A stretch of 64,000 nucleotides of DNA from Mustelus asterias (lineage: Eukaryota): the NCBI RefSeq assembly GCF_964213995.1, contig NW_027590293.1:62001-126000 (forward strand). The letters are read 5' to 3'. The translations under genes were made by a program, and so were the position numbers. Every line of letters begins with the position of its first letter. Within the stretch, counting starts at the first letter, position 1. The notes under the pieces were generated by a model. The model was not told the DNA's origin. It saw nothing but the letters and a program-made list of their open reading frames with translations, and ran no database searches. Shown one piece after another: positions 38,078 to 53,326 of this stretch.

Positions 38078-39170
38078 GCTTCCATTTTACTATTATTCCT
38101 TCCAAAGTGGATAAGCTCACACTTACCAACGCTATACTCCATCTGCCAGATCCTCGCCCACTCACTTAGCCTATCCAAATCTCTCTGCAGACTTACCGCA
38201 TCCTCCACGCAATTCACTTTCCCACTCATCTTTGTGTCATCCGCAAACTTTGTTACCCAACACTCGGTCCCCTCCTCCAGATCGTCTATGCATATGGTAA
38301 ATACTTGAGGCCCCGGCACCAATCCCTGTGGCACGCCACTAGTCACCAACTGCCAACCAGAAAAGCACCCATTTATTCCAACTCTCTGCTTCCTGTTAGA
38401 TAGCCAATCCCCAATCCACGCTAACACTTTACCCCTAACTCCGTGCACCCTGATTTTCTGCAGCAACCTTTTGTGAGGCACCTTATCGAACGCCTTCTGG
38501 AAATCCAAAAACACCACATCCACTGGTTCCCCTCTGTCAACCGCACTCGTTACATCAACATAAAAATCCAGTAAATTTGTCAAACACGACTTTCCCTTCA
38601 TGAATCCATGCTGCGTCTGCTTGATCAAACCATTTTTTTCCAGGTGTCCTGCTATTTCTTCCTTAATGATGAATTCCAGCAATTTCCCAACTACGGACGT
38701 TAAGCTAACCGGCCTGTAGTTACCCGCCTTTTGTCTACCTCCTTTTTTAAACAGTGGCGTCACATTAGCTGTTTTCCAATCAGCCGGCACTTCCCCAGAG
38801 TCCAGCGTATTTTGATAAATTACAACCAACGCATCCTCTATTACTTCTGCCATTTCTTTCAGTCCCCTGGGATGCATTCCATCCGGGCCCGGGGACTTGT
38901 CTACCTTTAGTCCCATTAGCCTCCTAAGCACTACCTCTTTAGTAATAGTAATCATTTTAAGGACCTCATCCCCTACAGTCCCATGACCGTCAATTTTCGG
39001 TAAGCTATTTGTGTCCTCTACCGTGAAGACTGATACAAAAAACTTGTTTAAGGCCTCAGCCATTTCCTCGTTTCCCATTATTAAATCCCCCTTCTCATCT
39101 ACTAAGGGTCCAACATTTACTTTAGCTACTCTTTTCCTTTTTATATATTTGTAAAAACTTTTACTATCTC
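38078..39170 (-). mobile_element. CR1 RT fragment
   Basis: KSPGPDGMHPR, NYRPVSLTSV, FLDFQKAFDKV and KFADD. Confidence 0.9.
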
Positions 39171-39175
39171 TCTGT

Positions 39176-39277
39176 CCCCCCCCCCCCCCGGGCTTTGCCC
39201 CCCCCCCCGGGCTTTGCCCCCCCCCGGGCTTTGCCCCCCCCCCCCGGGCTTTGCCCCCCCCGGGCATTGCCCCCCCA
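39176..39277. repeat. (Cn-GGGCTTTG) x5 GC repeat
   Basis: Poly-C tracts separated by gggctttg or gggcattg. Confidence 0.9.
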
Positions 39278-39397
39278 ACCCACACATCCTGGGACACTAA
39301 GTGGCAATTGAGCATGGCCAATCAACCTAACCTGTACATCTTATAAACAGTAAGAAGTCTCACAATACCAGGTTAAAGTCCAACAGGTTTATTTGAT

Positions 39398-39436
39398 CGC
39401 ACGAGCTTTCGGAGCACTGCTCCTTCATCAGGTGAA
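39398..39436 (-). ncRNA. Minimal type I hammerhead ribozyme motif in a Penelope fragment (39345-39505)
   Basis: CAC-CUGAUGA-A-GGAGC/AGU/GCUCC-GAAA-GCUC-GUG. Confidence 0.7.
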
Positions 39437-40240
39437 TGGCCACTCACCTGATGAACCTGGTGTTGTGTGCCCACCCCAGTCCAACGCCGACATCTCCACG
39501 TCATCTTATGGACTGCAGATTGATTCTCTGTAGAATCCTGTTCTTTCTCTCTATCAACATTCCTCTGCAAGTTTTATTTCCTTCAAGTACCCATCCAATT
39601 TCATTTTGAAATGATTGAATCTTCTGTTCCACCATCCTCATAGGCAGCGAGTTCTAGATCATGTGCTCTCCCTACCTAAATATAAATCTTCCTCAAATCC
39701 CTGCTCTACCACTACTCAAGTAATGTCCTGTATGTTACACTTTTATCCAGTATTATAGACATCTGTCTGGCAGCCTGCATGGAGATTTTCAGCTCCCTGT
39801 GTCCAGGACAGGAAGCCGTGAGCATGGATCTGTCAATCAGCCTCAATCAGCACCTTCAGGAGAATTGGGAGGGTGAATATTAGATACAGCAGAGTGAGAA
39901 TTGAGGGAGAGTGTGTGGGATGGAGATTTACTGCGTTTGGGGAATGAGAGAGGAAAGAATGTTCCATAGAAACTAGAATTGTCTGTTCTGAATTTCTGTC
40001 CTGTACTGACACTGATGAATTTTGTAATCTCCTTTTGCAGGATATCAGAAGGTGGGGATTTACAGACAGAAATCTCGAATCAAACGTCACATCAACATCT
40101 GACAGACATTTGATTGATTGGGACCCGAATATCATTGGCCTTTCAATCTTGAAGGAGAAATCTTTTAATGTTCTGTCTGCGTCAGAATTTTTTATAACAT
40201 AAATGTGACTGGAAATACACCAAGACACAGACACACCTGA

Positions 40241-40348
<108 letters not shown>

Positions 40349-40362
40349 TGAGATTTAATTGA

Positions 40363-42270
<1,908 letters not shown>

Positions 42271-42619
42271 AACAAGTCCTTTCATCTTTTTTTATTCTGT
42301 CAGCATGGGAAGGGAACATCTGATAATTCCCACAGCATTTTAACCATTCTTAATGTGTTTATAATTCTAAAAGTTATAAACTTGTGTTCAAATTTACATT
42401 TCCAGCCTTTATAACATCTGTATTAATGAATCATTTATTATTTAATTGTCTCACAATTAATGCTGTCTATTTAACTAATCTGGCTGCTTTCCAATTGTGG
42501 GAACTTCAGGCTACAAAAAAGGTAGTTAGAGTCATAGAGGTTTACAGCATGGAAACAGGCCCTTCGGCCCAACTTGTCCATGCCACACAGTTTTTACCAC
42601 TAAGCTAGTCCTAATTGCC

Positions 42620-42775
42620 CTGTAATATTACTCATGATCTGTGCTTCCAAGCATTTTGAATGTGCATCTACAACAAGCAAAAACATGTGATTCATGAAAG
42701 GCCCCCCAAGGGCCACATGTAGTCTGGACCACGGCCTATCAGGCCACTCCCAAGGATGAAGTGGTAATGTACCCA
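42620..42775 (-). mobile_element. Gypsy-type integrase fragment
   Basis: LHPWEWPDRPWSRLHV..GPFMNHMFLLVVDAHSK. Confidence 0.8.
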
Positions 42776-43397
42776 GTGTGTTGGGGGGAATGAACTCAGA
42801 AGAATCATTCAACACTCAAACCTGATTCAATCGACAAACAGTTTATTGAGCTAGGCCAGCGGGGAGAAGCCACAGGGGCTGACCATGTGCAACTCCACCC
42901 AACAAAGAATATCATCAATTCTTATGCAGTTACTCAGTCCATCCCAGCTGGACACAATCCAATCAGAATGGTGATAGATTACATACATTACATATAGGTG
43001 CAATTAAATTAGTATCTGGGCATCATGGGGCTTTGTGAGCATCTCATGAACAGATAGGTGCCCCCATCATGATGTTTTCCAGACCCCCTTATCGACCATC
43101 CTTGGCGTTTTCTTTGTACATAGACTCAGTTTGAAAAGGGGTGGATTAAAAGTTCTCAAATGGATGTCAGCACCCTTCCTTTGTTTCAATCTAATGACCA
43201 CACGGTCTGGGAATCATTTCTATTTAATAATCTCTCCTTTTAAACTCTGTTCTTCAGTATCCAATTCCAGAATTTTCCTTTTCATTGTGTTAATTGTGTC
43301 AGGAATAAATCTTTGGACCTGACAGGAAGTTTAACCCAAGATCAATCCAACACAGAATTGGTCAGAATCGTTTCATATGTACCAAATTTTAAATAAC

Positions 43398-43992
43398 TGA
43401 AGGGGGCGACCTTTATGCTTAAGACGACTTTTATGCTTAATATCATGGATATTTTTACGTGTGTATATCAAATTTATTTTAAAATATTGTCAACAGTTCA
43501 CAGCAATGCGATGACTCATGGAGAGGCTCCTTGCATCCCCTAATCACTTCAGACAGCCTTAATCACTTTCGACTCCAAGCAGGGAAACACAGACAATAGC
43601 TCAACTGATTAGATTATGCAAGAAGCTCAAATCACAAAGGGAGCCCTCCAGAAACAGATCAGCCCAGGGGAAATGGGATCAGCTCCACCTATCTATAATG
43701 GCTGTTTTAATATCTCGCTATTGTGCCACTGCTTTGTGTTATGAGCAGATACTGATCATGTAACTTGTAGTAAATGATGAGCCTATTACCATATGTTTGG
43801 CACGAAGTTCAAAACCCTATAAACTGTAAAGCGCATAATAGCCAGGCAGAGCAGTTGACGAGCAGCTGTCTCTCCCCAGGCCTGCAGTTTTGTTATTTTA
43901 AACAGAGAATAAAATTTGTGTTGCCTTTTTGTACTGTACTCATGTCTGCTTGTCTTTCATGCTGGTAGGAAGTGAGAAAACTTCCCCTTACA
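43398..43992 (+). mobile_element. Solo LTR (595 bp) with 5-bp TSD ATAAC
   Basis: TGAAGGGG...CCCCTTACA termini, TATA-like at ~43819, AATAAA at 43908, ATAAC on both sides. Confidence 0.8.
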
Positions 43993-44844
43993 ATAACCAT
44001 TACAAGTTAAAAGTCTCATTTTCATGAGTGAGTTTTATCTGGATTAAAATTCCCACATGTTTAGTAAAATATCCTGGAATCCTGTCTCTGGTCAGTAAAT
44101 ATGGCTCCAGGTTCATAACTTTTGAAAAAAAAAGCTTTATTCATGACACTTCCATTTAAAAAATCTGTTTGATTTAAATCACAGACAAAAAACCTCAAAG
44201 CTTAAAGCGTTCAACCCACAAAAATCATCCACACACAAACAGAGAAACTTAGCATGTGCTTTACAATAATAACCAAAATTAATTACTTAAGCATTCTTCT
44301 GATTCTGTTTTTAAACTCCCAAAAATGCCTTTAATTAAAGACTCAAGGTAAGATTAATTCCCCAGAAAGATAAACCTTAACAAATGTAGCCCAAAACAAT
44401 GATAAAACATATCTACAAACATCCACATAAAACAAACAAAACACACAGATTCTCACAGCTCGTAAATTTCAAACAATGAATCCTCAGCATTCTCTCTCGC
44501 AGCTGTAGCTTCTTAAAGCGACAGAGCACTACAAGCTCACAACTCCTTGATTAAAATAAGATGCAAGATCCTTCATTGTAACTTAACCCTTTTTAAGCCA
44601 ACTTCCAAGGCCTGATTTTATCAGCAACATCTAATCTTTGTTAATTTAAAATCCCAAACACGTTACCACCTGCAATCTCCTTGTTCTTTATCTGGGGTTG
44701 AGGTGACAACAATATAAAATTCTCAGTTGTTCCAAATTCCTCCAGGGTATGCTTAAAATTTCCACATTTAACTGGCTCCAATAAATCCACAATTATAAAC
44801 TAAAATAGACACGAGTTTCTGGGTGATTTAAAAACAAGTTAAAA

Positions 44845-47535
44845 ACAAGATGCCATAGGAAAGATAGAACAGGAGGAAAGAAAGGAGGGGGAGTTGCACT
44901 TTTGATTCAGGAAAACATCACGGCAGTACTGAGAAGGGATATATCCGAGGGTTCGCCTACTGAGTCAAAAGGGGTGAACTGAAAAATAAGAAGGGGGAAA
45001 TCACTTTGATAGGGTTGTACTATAGGCCCCCAAATAGTCGGTGGGAAATTGAGGAGCAAATATGTAAGGAGATTACAGATAGTTCCAAGAAAAATAGGGT
45101 GGTAATAGTCGGAGATTTTAACTTTCCCAACATTGACTGGGACAGCCACAGTATTAGAGGCTTGGATGGAGAGAAATTTGTTGAGTGTATTCAGGAGGAA
45201 TTTCTCATTCAGTATGTGGATGGCCCGACTAGAGAGGGGCAAAACCTGACCTCCTCTTGGGAAATAAGGAAGGGCAGGTGATAGAAGTGTGAGTGAGGGA
45301 TCACTTTGGGACCAGTGACCATAATTCCATTAGTTTTAAGATACCTATGGAAAATGATTGGTCAGGTCCAAAAGTAAAAATTCTAAATTAGGGCAAGGCC
45401 AATGTTGATGGTATCAGGCAGGAACTTTCGACAGTTAACTGGGGGAGTCTGTGGGAAGGCAAAGGGACGTCTGGTAAGTGGGAGGCTTTCAAAAGTGTTT
45501 TAACCAGGGTTCAGGGTAAGCACATTGCTCTTAGAGTGATGGGCAAGGCTGGTAGAAGTCGGGAACCCTGGATGACTCGGGATATTGAGGCCCTCGTCAA
45601 GAAGAAGGAGGCACATGACATGCATAGGCAGCTGGGATCAAGTGGATCCCTTGAAGAGTATAGAGGGTGTAGGAGTAGAATTAAGAGAGAAATCAGGAGG
45701 GCAAAAAGGGGACACGAGATTGTTTTGGCAGATAAGGCAAAGGAGAATCCAAAGAGGTTCTATAAATACATAAAGTGCCAAAGAGTAACTAGGTAGAGAG
45801 TAGGGCCTCTGAAGGATCAACAAGGTCATCTATGTGCGGATCCACAAGAGATGGGTGAGATCATAAATGAATATTTTTCATCATTATTTATTGTTGAGAA
45901 AAGCATGGATGTTAGGGAACTTGGGGAAATAAAGTGATGTCTTGAGAAGTGTACTTATAACAGAGAAGGAGGTGCTGGAAGTCATAAAGCGCATCAAGGT
46001 AGATAAATCCCCGGGACCTGATGAAGTGTATCCCAGAACACTGTGGGAGGCTAGGGAGGAAATTGCGGGTCTCCGAGCAGAGATATTTGAATCATCGATA
46101 GTCACGGGTGAGGTACCTAAAGATTGGAGGGTGGCAAATGTGGAGCCTTTGTTTAAAAAGGGCTGCAGGGAAAAGCCTGGGAACTAAAGGGCGGTGTGAT
46201 TCACATCTGTAAGTTGTAAGAAGGTATTTGAGAGACAGGATCTACAGGCATTTGGAGACACAAGGACTGATTAGGGACGGTCAGCATGGCTTTGTGAGTG
46301 GAAAATCATGTCTCACAAATTTGATTGAGTTTTTTGAAGGGGTAACCAAGAAGGTAGATCAGGGCAGTACAGGTGATGCTGTCTACGTGGACTTTAGCAA
46401 GGCCTTTGACAAGGTACCGCAAGGTAGGTTGTTGCTTAAGGTTAAATCTAATGAAATCCAGGGTGAGTTAGCCAAATGGATACAAAATTGGCTTGATGAC
46501 AGAAGACAGGGTGGTTGTCGAAGGTTGTTTTTCAAACTGGAGCCTGTGACCAGCGGCGTGCCTGAAGGATCGGTGCTGGGTCCACTGTTATTTGTCATTT
46601 ATATTAATGATTTGGATGAGAATGTAGGAGGCATGGGTAGTACGTTTTCAGATGACACCAAAGTTGGTGGCATCGTGGACAGTGGAGAAGGCTATCTAGG
46701 ATTGTAGCGCGATCTTGATCAATTGGGCCAGTGGGCTGACGAATGGCAGATGGAGTTTAATTTAGATAAATGCGAGGTAATACATTTTGGGCGATCGAAC
46801 CAGGACAGGACTTACTCAGTTAATGGTAGGGTGTTGGGGAGAGTTACAGAACAGAAATCTAGGGGTACAGGTACATAGCTCCTTGAAAATGGAGTTGCAG
46901 GTGGACAGAGTGGTGAAGAAGGCATTCTGCATGTTGGTCAGAACATTGAATACAGGAGTTGGAATGTCTTGTTGAAGTTTTACAAGACATTGGTAAGGCC
47001 ACACTTGGAATACTGTGTACAGTTCTGGTCACCCTATTATAGAAAGGATATTATTAAACTAGAAAGACTGCAGAAAAGATTTATTAGGATGCTACCGGGA
47101 CTTGATGGTTTGAGTTATAAAGAGAGGCTGGATAGACTGGGACTTTTTTCCCTGGAATGTAAGAGGCTTAGGGGTGAACTTATAGAGGTCTATAAAATAA
47201 TGAGGGGCATAGATCAGCTAGATAGTCAATATCTTTTCCCAAGGGTAGGGGAGTCTAAAACTAGAGGGCATAGGTTTAAGGTGAGAGGGGAGAGATACAG
47301 AAGGGTCCAGAGGGGCACTTGTTTCACACAGAGGGTGGTGAGTGTCTGGAAAAAGGTGCCAGAGGTAGTAGTAGAGGCAGGTACAATTTTGTCTTTTAAA
47401 AAGCGTTTAGAGTTACATGGGTAAGATGGGTGTCGAGGGATATGGACCAAACGTGGACAATTGGGATGAGCACAGGAGTTAAAAAAGGGGCGGCATGGAC
47501 AAGTTGGGCTGAAGGGCCCGTTTCCAAGCTGGAAA
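44845..47535 (+). mobile_element. CR1 LINE, decayed EN-RT-3' end
   Basis: YRPPN, GDFNFPNIDW, KSPGPD, DFSKAFDKV and YCVQFWSP motifs in fragmented ORFs. Confidence 0.9.
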
Positions 47536-48649
47536 CCTCTATAACTCCATGACTAAATCAACTGTCTGCTGAAAGGGTTAACTTTTCTACAGAACCTAAA
47601 GGGGTGGGGAGTGAGAGAAGAAACTTGGCACACAGTTACATCACTTTACATAATTTTTAAAAACTTCTCTAACAACAAAACAAAGTTGATTTTAAACTTT
47701 ATCTATGAATTCTTTTGTTCTCTTCCTCAACCTAATTATTTTAATTTGATCAGTTTTTGTTAGGGATGGGTAACTTCTGTTCTTTATAAACTGGTTCACT
47801 CATTTTGTTAATTCTTCATGGGCTCGGAGAATCAGAACCCAGACTTTATCATCCTTATCATTTTTCTCCTTCTGCCACCACTCCCTCTGTTTTGAAGGAG
47901 GGTCATGGGGATTCCAATCAGAACTAATCATTTCATCAGAAGAGTAAAATACTGCAGATACTGGAATCTGAAACAAAAACACAAAATGCTGGAAAATCTC
48001 AGCGGGTCTGACAGCACCTGTGAAGAATGGAGCCAAAGTTTCAATACTGGATGACCCTTCATAACAACTCTTATGAAGTGTCATTCAGACTCAAAATGTT
48101 GGCTCTATTCTCTAATCATTTTATCGATACATTTCTTGTTCTTAGTTTTAGGTTTAAGGTGAGAGGGGAGAGATACAAAAGGGTCCAGAGGGGCAATTTT
48201 TCACTCAGATGGTGGTGAGTGTCTGGAACAAGTTGCCAGAGGCAGTGGTAGAGGTGGGTGCAATTCTGTCTTTTAAAAAGCATTTAGACAGTTACATGGG
48301 TAAGATGGGTATAGAGGGATATGGGCAAAATACGGGCAATTGGGACTAGCTTAGTGGTAAAAACTGAGCGGAATGGACAAGTTGGGCCGAAGGGCCTGTT
48401 TCCATGTTGTAAACCTCTATAACTTCCTAACATCCTGTCACTCTGTGATCCTTGTGAAATCTAAAAACCAGGTATTCGCAACAAGACTCAAAGAGCATCA
48501 GCCCACTGGAGGCAAAGTCATGAGACCGGCCAGTCCAGCAGAAAGAAACCCTCCGACCCTCCCCATTGACCAACTGTGAGAATGAACAAAATGCAGTCCT
48601 GGATATAATTGAGAGCAGAAACAATAACAGCAGAATCCAACCCCTGTCA

Positions 48650-49827
48650 TCACTCGTGAACTTGTTGGTGTCTCAGCAGGTGGGATGAAACTCTGAATCC
48701 CTTCCCACATTGAGAGCAGGTGAACGGCCTCTCCCCAGTGTGAACTCGCTGGTGTGTCTGCAAGTTGGATGACTGAGTGAATCCCTTCCCACACTGAGAA
48801 CAGTCGAATGGTCTCTCCCCAGTGTGAACTCGCTGGTGTCTCTGCAGGTGGGATGACTGAGTGAATCCCTTCCCACACTGAGAGCAGGTGAACGGCCTCT
48901 CCCCTGTGTGAACTCGCTGGTGTGTCCGCAGATCAGATGAGTTAGTGAATCCCTTCCCACACTGAGAACAGATGAATGGTTTCTCCCCAGTGTGAACTCG
49001 CTGGTGTATTCGCAGGCTGGATAACAGAATGAATCCCTTCCCACACTGAGAGCAGGTGAACGGCCTCTCCCCTGTGTGACGTAGCTGGTGTCTCTGCAGG
49101 TCGGCTGACTGAGTGAATCCCTTCCCACACTGAGAGCAGGTGAACGATCTCTCCCCAGTGTGAACTCGCTGGTGTGTCCGCAGGATGGATGACTGAGTGA
49201 ATCCCTTCCCACACTGAGAACAGTTGAATGGCCTCTCCCACTGTGAACTCGCTGGTGTCTCTGCAGGAGGGATGACCGAGTGAATCCCTTCCCACACTGA
49301 GAGCAGGTGAACAGCCTCTCTCCTGTGTGAACGTGCTGGTGTTTCTGCAAGCTGGAAAACTGAATGAATCCCTTCCCACACTGAGAGCAGGTGAATGGTT
49401 TCTCCCCAGTGTGAACTCGCTGGTGTATCCGCAGGCTGGATAACAGAATGAATCCCTTCCCACACTGAGAGCAGGTGAATGGCCTCTCCCCAGTGTGAAC
49501 TCGTTCATGTGTCCGCAGGGTGGATAATTGAGTGAATCCCTTCCCACACTGAGAGCAGGTGAACGGCCTCTCCCCAGTGTGAACTCGCTGGTGTCTCTGC
49601 AGGTCGGATAACTGACTGAATCCCTTCTCACATTGAGAGCAGGAAAATGGCCTCTCTCCAGTGTGAACTTGCTGGTGTCTCTGCAGGAGGGATAATCGAG
49701 TGAATCCCTTCCCACATTGAGAGCAGGTGAATGGTCTCTCCCCAGTGTGGCTGCGTCGATGAGCTTCCAGCTTAGATGGGGCTCTGTATCCCTTCCCACA
49801 GTCCCCACATTTCCATGGTTTCTCCAT
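48650..49827 (-). pseudogene. ZNF Z9 (14 fingers) with a single 1-bp frameshift after finger 7
   Basis: Two overlapping ORFs. The linker at ~49238 reads cacagtgggagag instead of cacactggggagag. This is a true frameshift or an assembly error. Confidence 0.85.
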
Positions 49828-51932
49828 GGTGCAGGTGTCCTTACCTCTCTCTTGACTGGACAATTAGTTGAAACTTCGCCCACACTCAGAACAAGATTAC
49901 AGTCTCTCCCCGCTGTGAATGGTGTGATATTTATTCAAACTGTGTAACTGGTTAAAGCTTTTTAGTCAGTGCATTGGAACACACTCACTCAAGTGTGGCA
50001 GTGTGTTGATGCTTTTTCACTCACACTGACATTTCAAATCGACAGACCGGACAATCATTTCTCCTTCTGGATTCAAAGTCCGATGATATTGAGGTCCCAA
50101 GGAATATGACTCTGTCACGTCTAGACATGACGTTTGAGATTTCGGCCTGTGATTCCTCTTTCAATATCCTGTAAAACGAGTTTACAAAAGTCATCAGTGT
50201 CAGTACAGCATAGAAATTCAGAACAGACAATTTCTATGGAACATTCTTGCCTCTCTCATTCCCCAAAAGCTGTAAATCTCCATCCCACACACTGTCTCCC
50301 CATTCTCAGCAGGTCTGGCAGCATCTGTATGGAGAGAAAAGAACAGATGTTTCAGAGCTTTGACAAAGGGTCATCTAGACAAGAAACATCAGCTCTTGAT
50401 GTAGGAAGAGAGATTCCTATTCGCTGATTCAGGCAGGCTCCATTGTGATGTCACAATGCGGAAGTTGTCCAATGAGCTTCAGATTGAAACTTCCTCCTCT
50501 GGACAACATCTGGGAGGAAATCAATGTTTCCCCCTTTCCATTTCTTTTCTCATTCTGGGGGAAATTGGGGACTTGCAGCAACTGAAGGGAATGAAGTGAA
50601 TTCGGTCTGTATATTCCACACATTTTTACTCCAGTAATGTAGACTCATCAAAGCGGGTCCAGATAAAAGCTGGAATAAGGACACTTTGCCTGAATGCACG
50701 AAGCATTCGGAACAAGGTAAATGAGTTGATGGTGCAAATCAGCACAAGTGGGTACGATCTAGTGGCCATTACAGAAACGTGGCTGAAAGGTGACCAGGAC
50801 TGGGAGATGAATATCCAGGGGTATCAGGCGTTTAGGAAGAATAGACAGGAAGGAAAAGGTGGTGGGGTCGCGCTATTAATAAGAGATAATATCAGGGTAG
50901 TACTGAGGGATGACATAGGCTCTGAGGAACAAAACGTGGAATCATTATGGGTAGAGATGAGGAATAGTAGAGGGAGAAAGACACTAGTAGGTGTGGTGTA
51001 TTGGCCCCCAAATAATAATGTTGAGGTAGGGAGGGCTATAAACAAGCAGATAAGGGATGCGTGTAAAAACGGAACGGCAATAATCATGGGGGACTTCAAC
51101 ATGCACATTGACTGGCAGACTCAAGTCGGTAAGGGTGGAATGGAGGAAGAGTTCTTAGAATGCTGTCGGGATAGTTTCCTTGAACAGCATGTTACGGAAC
51201 CGACGAGGGAACGAGCTATTTTGGATCTGGTATTGTGTAACGAGGTAGGTAGAATTAAGGATCTTATTGTGAAGGACCCTCTTGGGTCTAGTGACCACAA
51301 TATGGTCGAATTTCTGATTCAGATGGAAGAGGAGAAAGTTTGGTCCCAAACCAGTGTCCTCTGTTTGAACAGAGGGAAATATGATAGGATGAGGGATGAA
51401 TTGGCTAAGGTAGACTGGGAGAGCAGGCTGGCAGGTAGGATAGCTGAGAACAGTGGAGGATTTTTAAGGAGATCCTTTTCAGTTCTCAGCAAAAATATAT
51501 TCCAGCAAAAAACAAGGATTGTAAGAAAAGGGAGAACCAGCCGTGGATAACGAAGGAAATAAAGGAGAGTATTAAAATAAAAACAGCTGCGTACAGAGTG
51601 GCCAAAAATAGTGGAGAAACAAGTGATTGGGAAAAATTTAAGAAACAACAAAGAGAAACTAAGAAAGTGATAAAGAAAGGAAGGATAGACTATGAAGCTA
51701 GGCTAGCAATTAATATAAAAAATGATAGTAAAAGTTTTTATAAATATATAAAAAGGAATAGAGTGACGAGAGTGAATGTTGGACCCTTGGAGGATGAGAG
51801 GGGGGAGTTAATAGTGGGAAATGAGGATATGGCTGAGTCTTTAAATAAGTTTTTTGTGTCGGTCTTCACGGTGGAGGACACAAATAGTTTGCCAAATATT
51901 AACGATAGAGGGTTGGCAGCAGGAGAAATACT

Positions 51933-52273
51933 TCATAGAAATCATAGAAACCCTACAGTGCAGAAGGAGGCCATTCGGCCCATCGAGTCTGCACCGACCA
52001 CAATCCCACCCAGGCCCTACCCCCACATATTTTACCCGTTAATCCCTCTAACCTACGCATCCCAGGACTCTAAGGGACAATTTTTTTAACCTGGCCAATC
52101 AACCTAACCCGCACATCTTTGGACTGTGGGAGGAAACCGGAGCACCCGGAGGAAACCCACGCAGACACGAGGAGAATGTGCAAACTCCACACAGACAGTG
52201 ACCCGAGCCGGGAATCGAACCCGGGACCCTGGAGCTGTGAAGCAGCAGTGCTAACCACTGTGCTACCGTGCCG
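51933..52273 (-). mobile_element. HE1/V-SINE nested in a CR1
   Basis: Full-length young copy. Confidence 0.9.
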
Positions 52274-52385
52274 TATCCCATTAATACAATTAATGTTACC
52301 AGAGAGGCAGTGCTGGGTAGACTAATGGGACTGAAGGTGGACAAGTCCCCGGGTCCGGATGGAAAGCATCCCAGGGTATTGAAAG

Positions 52386-53326
52386 GAGCATTCTGGCCAA
52401 GTTTGCCGATGATACAAAGATAGGTGGAGGGGCAGGTAGTATTGAGGAGGTGGGGAGGCTGCAGAAAGATTTAGACAGTTTAGGAGAGTGGTCCAAGAAG
52501 TGGCTGATGAAATTCAACGTGGGCAAGTGCGAGGTCGTACACTTTGGAAAAAAGAATAGAGGCATGGACTATTTTCTAAACGGTGACAAAATTCATAATG
52601 CTAAAGTGCAAAGGGACTTGGGAGTCCTCGTCCAGGATTCTCTAAAGGTAAACTTGCAGGTTGAGTCCGTAATTAAGAAAGCAAATGTAATGTTGTCATT
52701 TATCTCAAGAGGCTTGGAATACAAAAGCAGGGATGTACTTCTGAGGCTTTATAAAGCACTGGTTAGGCCCCATTTGGAGTACTGTGAGCAATTTTGGGCC
52801 CCACACCTCAGGAAGGACATACTGGCACTGGAGCGGGTCCAGCGGAGATTCACACGGATGATCCCAGGAATGGTAGGCCTGACATACGATGAACGTCTGA
52901 GGATCGTGGGATTATATTCATTGGAGTTTAGGAGGTTGAGGGGAGATCTGATAGAAACTTACAAGATAATGAACGGCTTAGATAGGATGGACGTAGGGAA
53001 GTTGTTTCCATTAACAGGGGAGACTAGGACGCGGGGGCACAGCCTTAGAATAAAAGGGAGTCACTTTAGAACAGAGATGAGGAGAAATTTCTTCAGCCAG
53101 AGAGTGGTGGGTCTGTGGAATTCATTGCCACAGAGGGCTGTGGAGGCCGAGACGTTGAGCGTCTTCAAGACAGAAATTGATAAATTCTTGATTTCTCGAG
53201 GAATTAAGGGCTATGGGGAGAGAGCGGGTAAATGGAGTTGAAATCAACCATGATTGAATGGTGGAGTGGACTCGATGGGCCGAATGGCCTTACTTCCGCT
53301 CCTATGTCTTATGGTCTTATGGTCTT
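52386..53326 (+). mobile_element. 5'-truncated CR1 nested inside another CR1
   Basis: The host frame LKE|MSEVIVDAL is interrupted. The insert has its own FADD to 3' UTR and a cttatggtcttatggtctt tail. Confidence 0.85.

Noticed and set aside
39186-39270. Resemblance of GGGCTTTGCCC to AAV ITR arms
   Set aside because: Low complexity, with no Rep-binding element or viral ORF.
37825-39321. 498-aa ORF as a gene
   Set aside because: It is a chance fusion of a SINE piece, a GC repeat, CR1 RT and antisense V flank.
48673-49883. Alternate-frame ORFs ([10 protein letters not shown] and WEGIHSVI repeats), here and over the other ZNFs
   Set aside because: They are shadow frames of finger-coding repeats.
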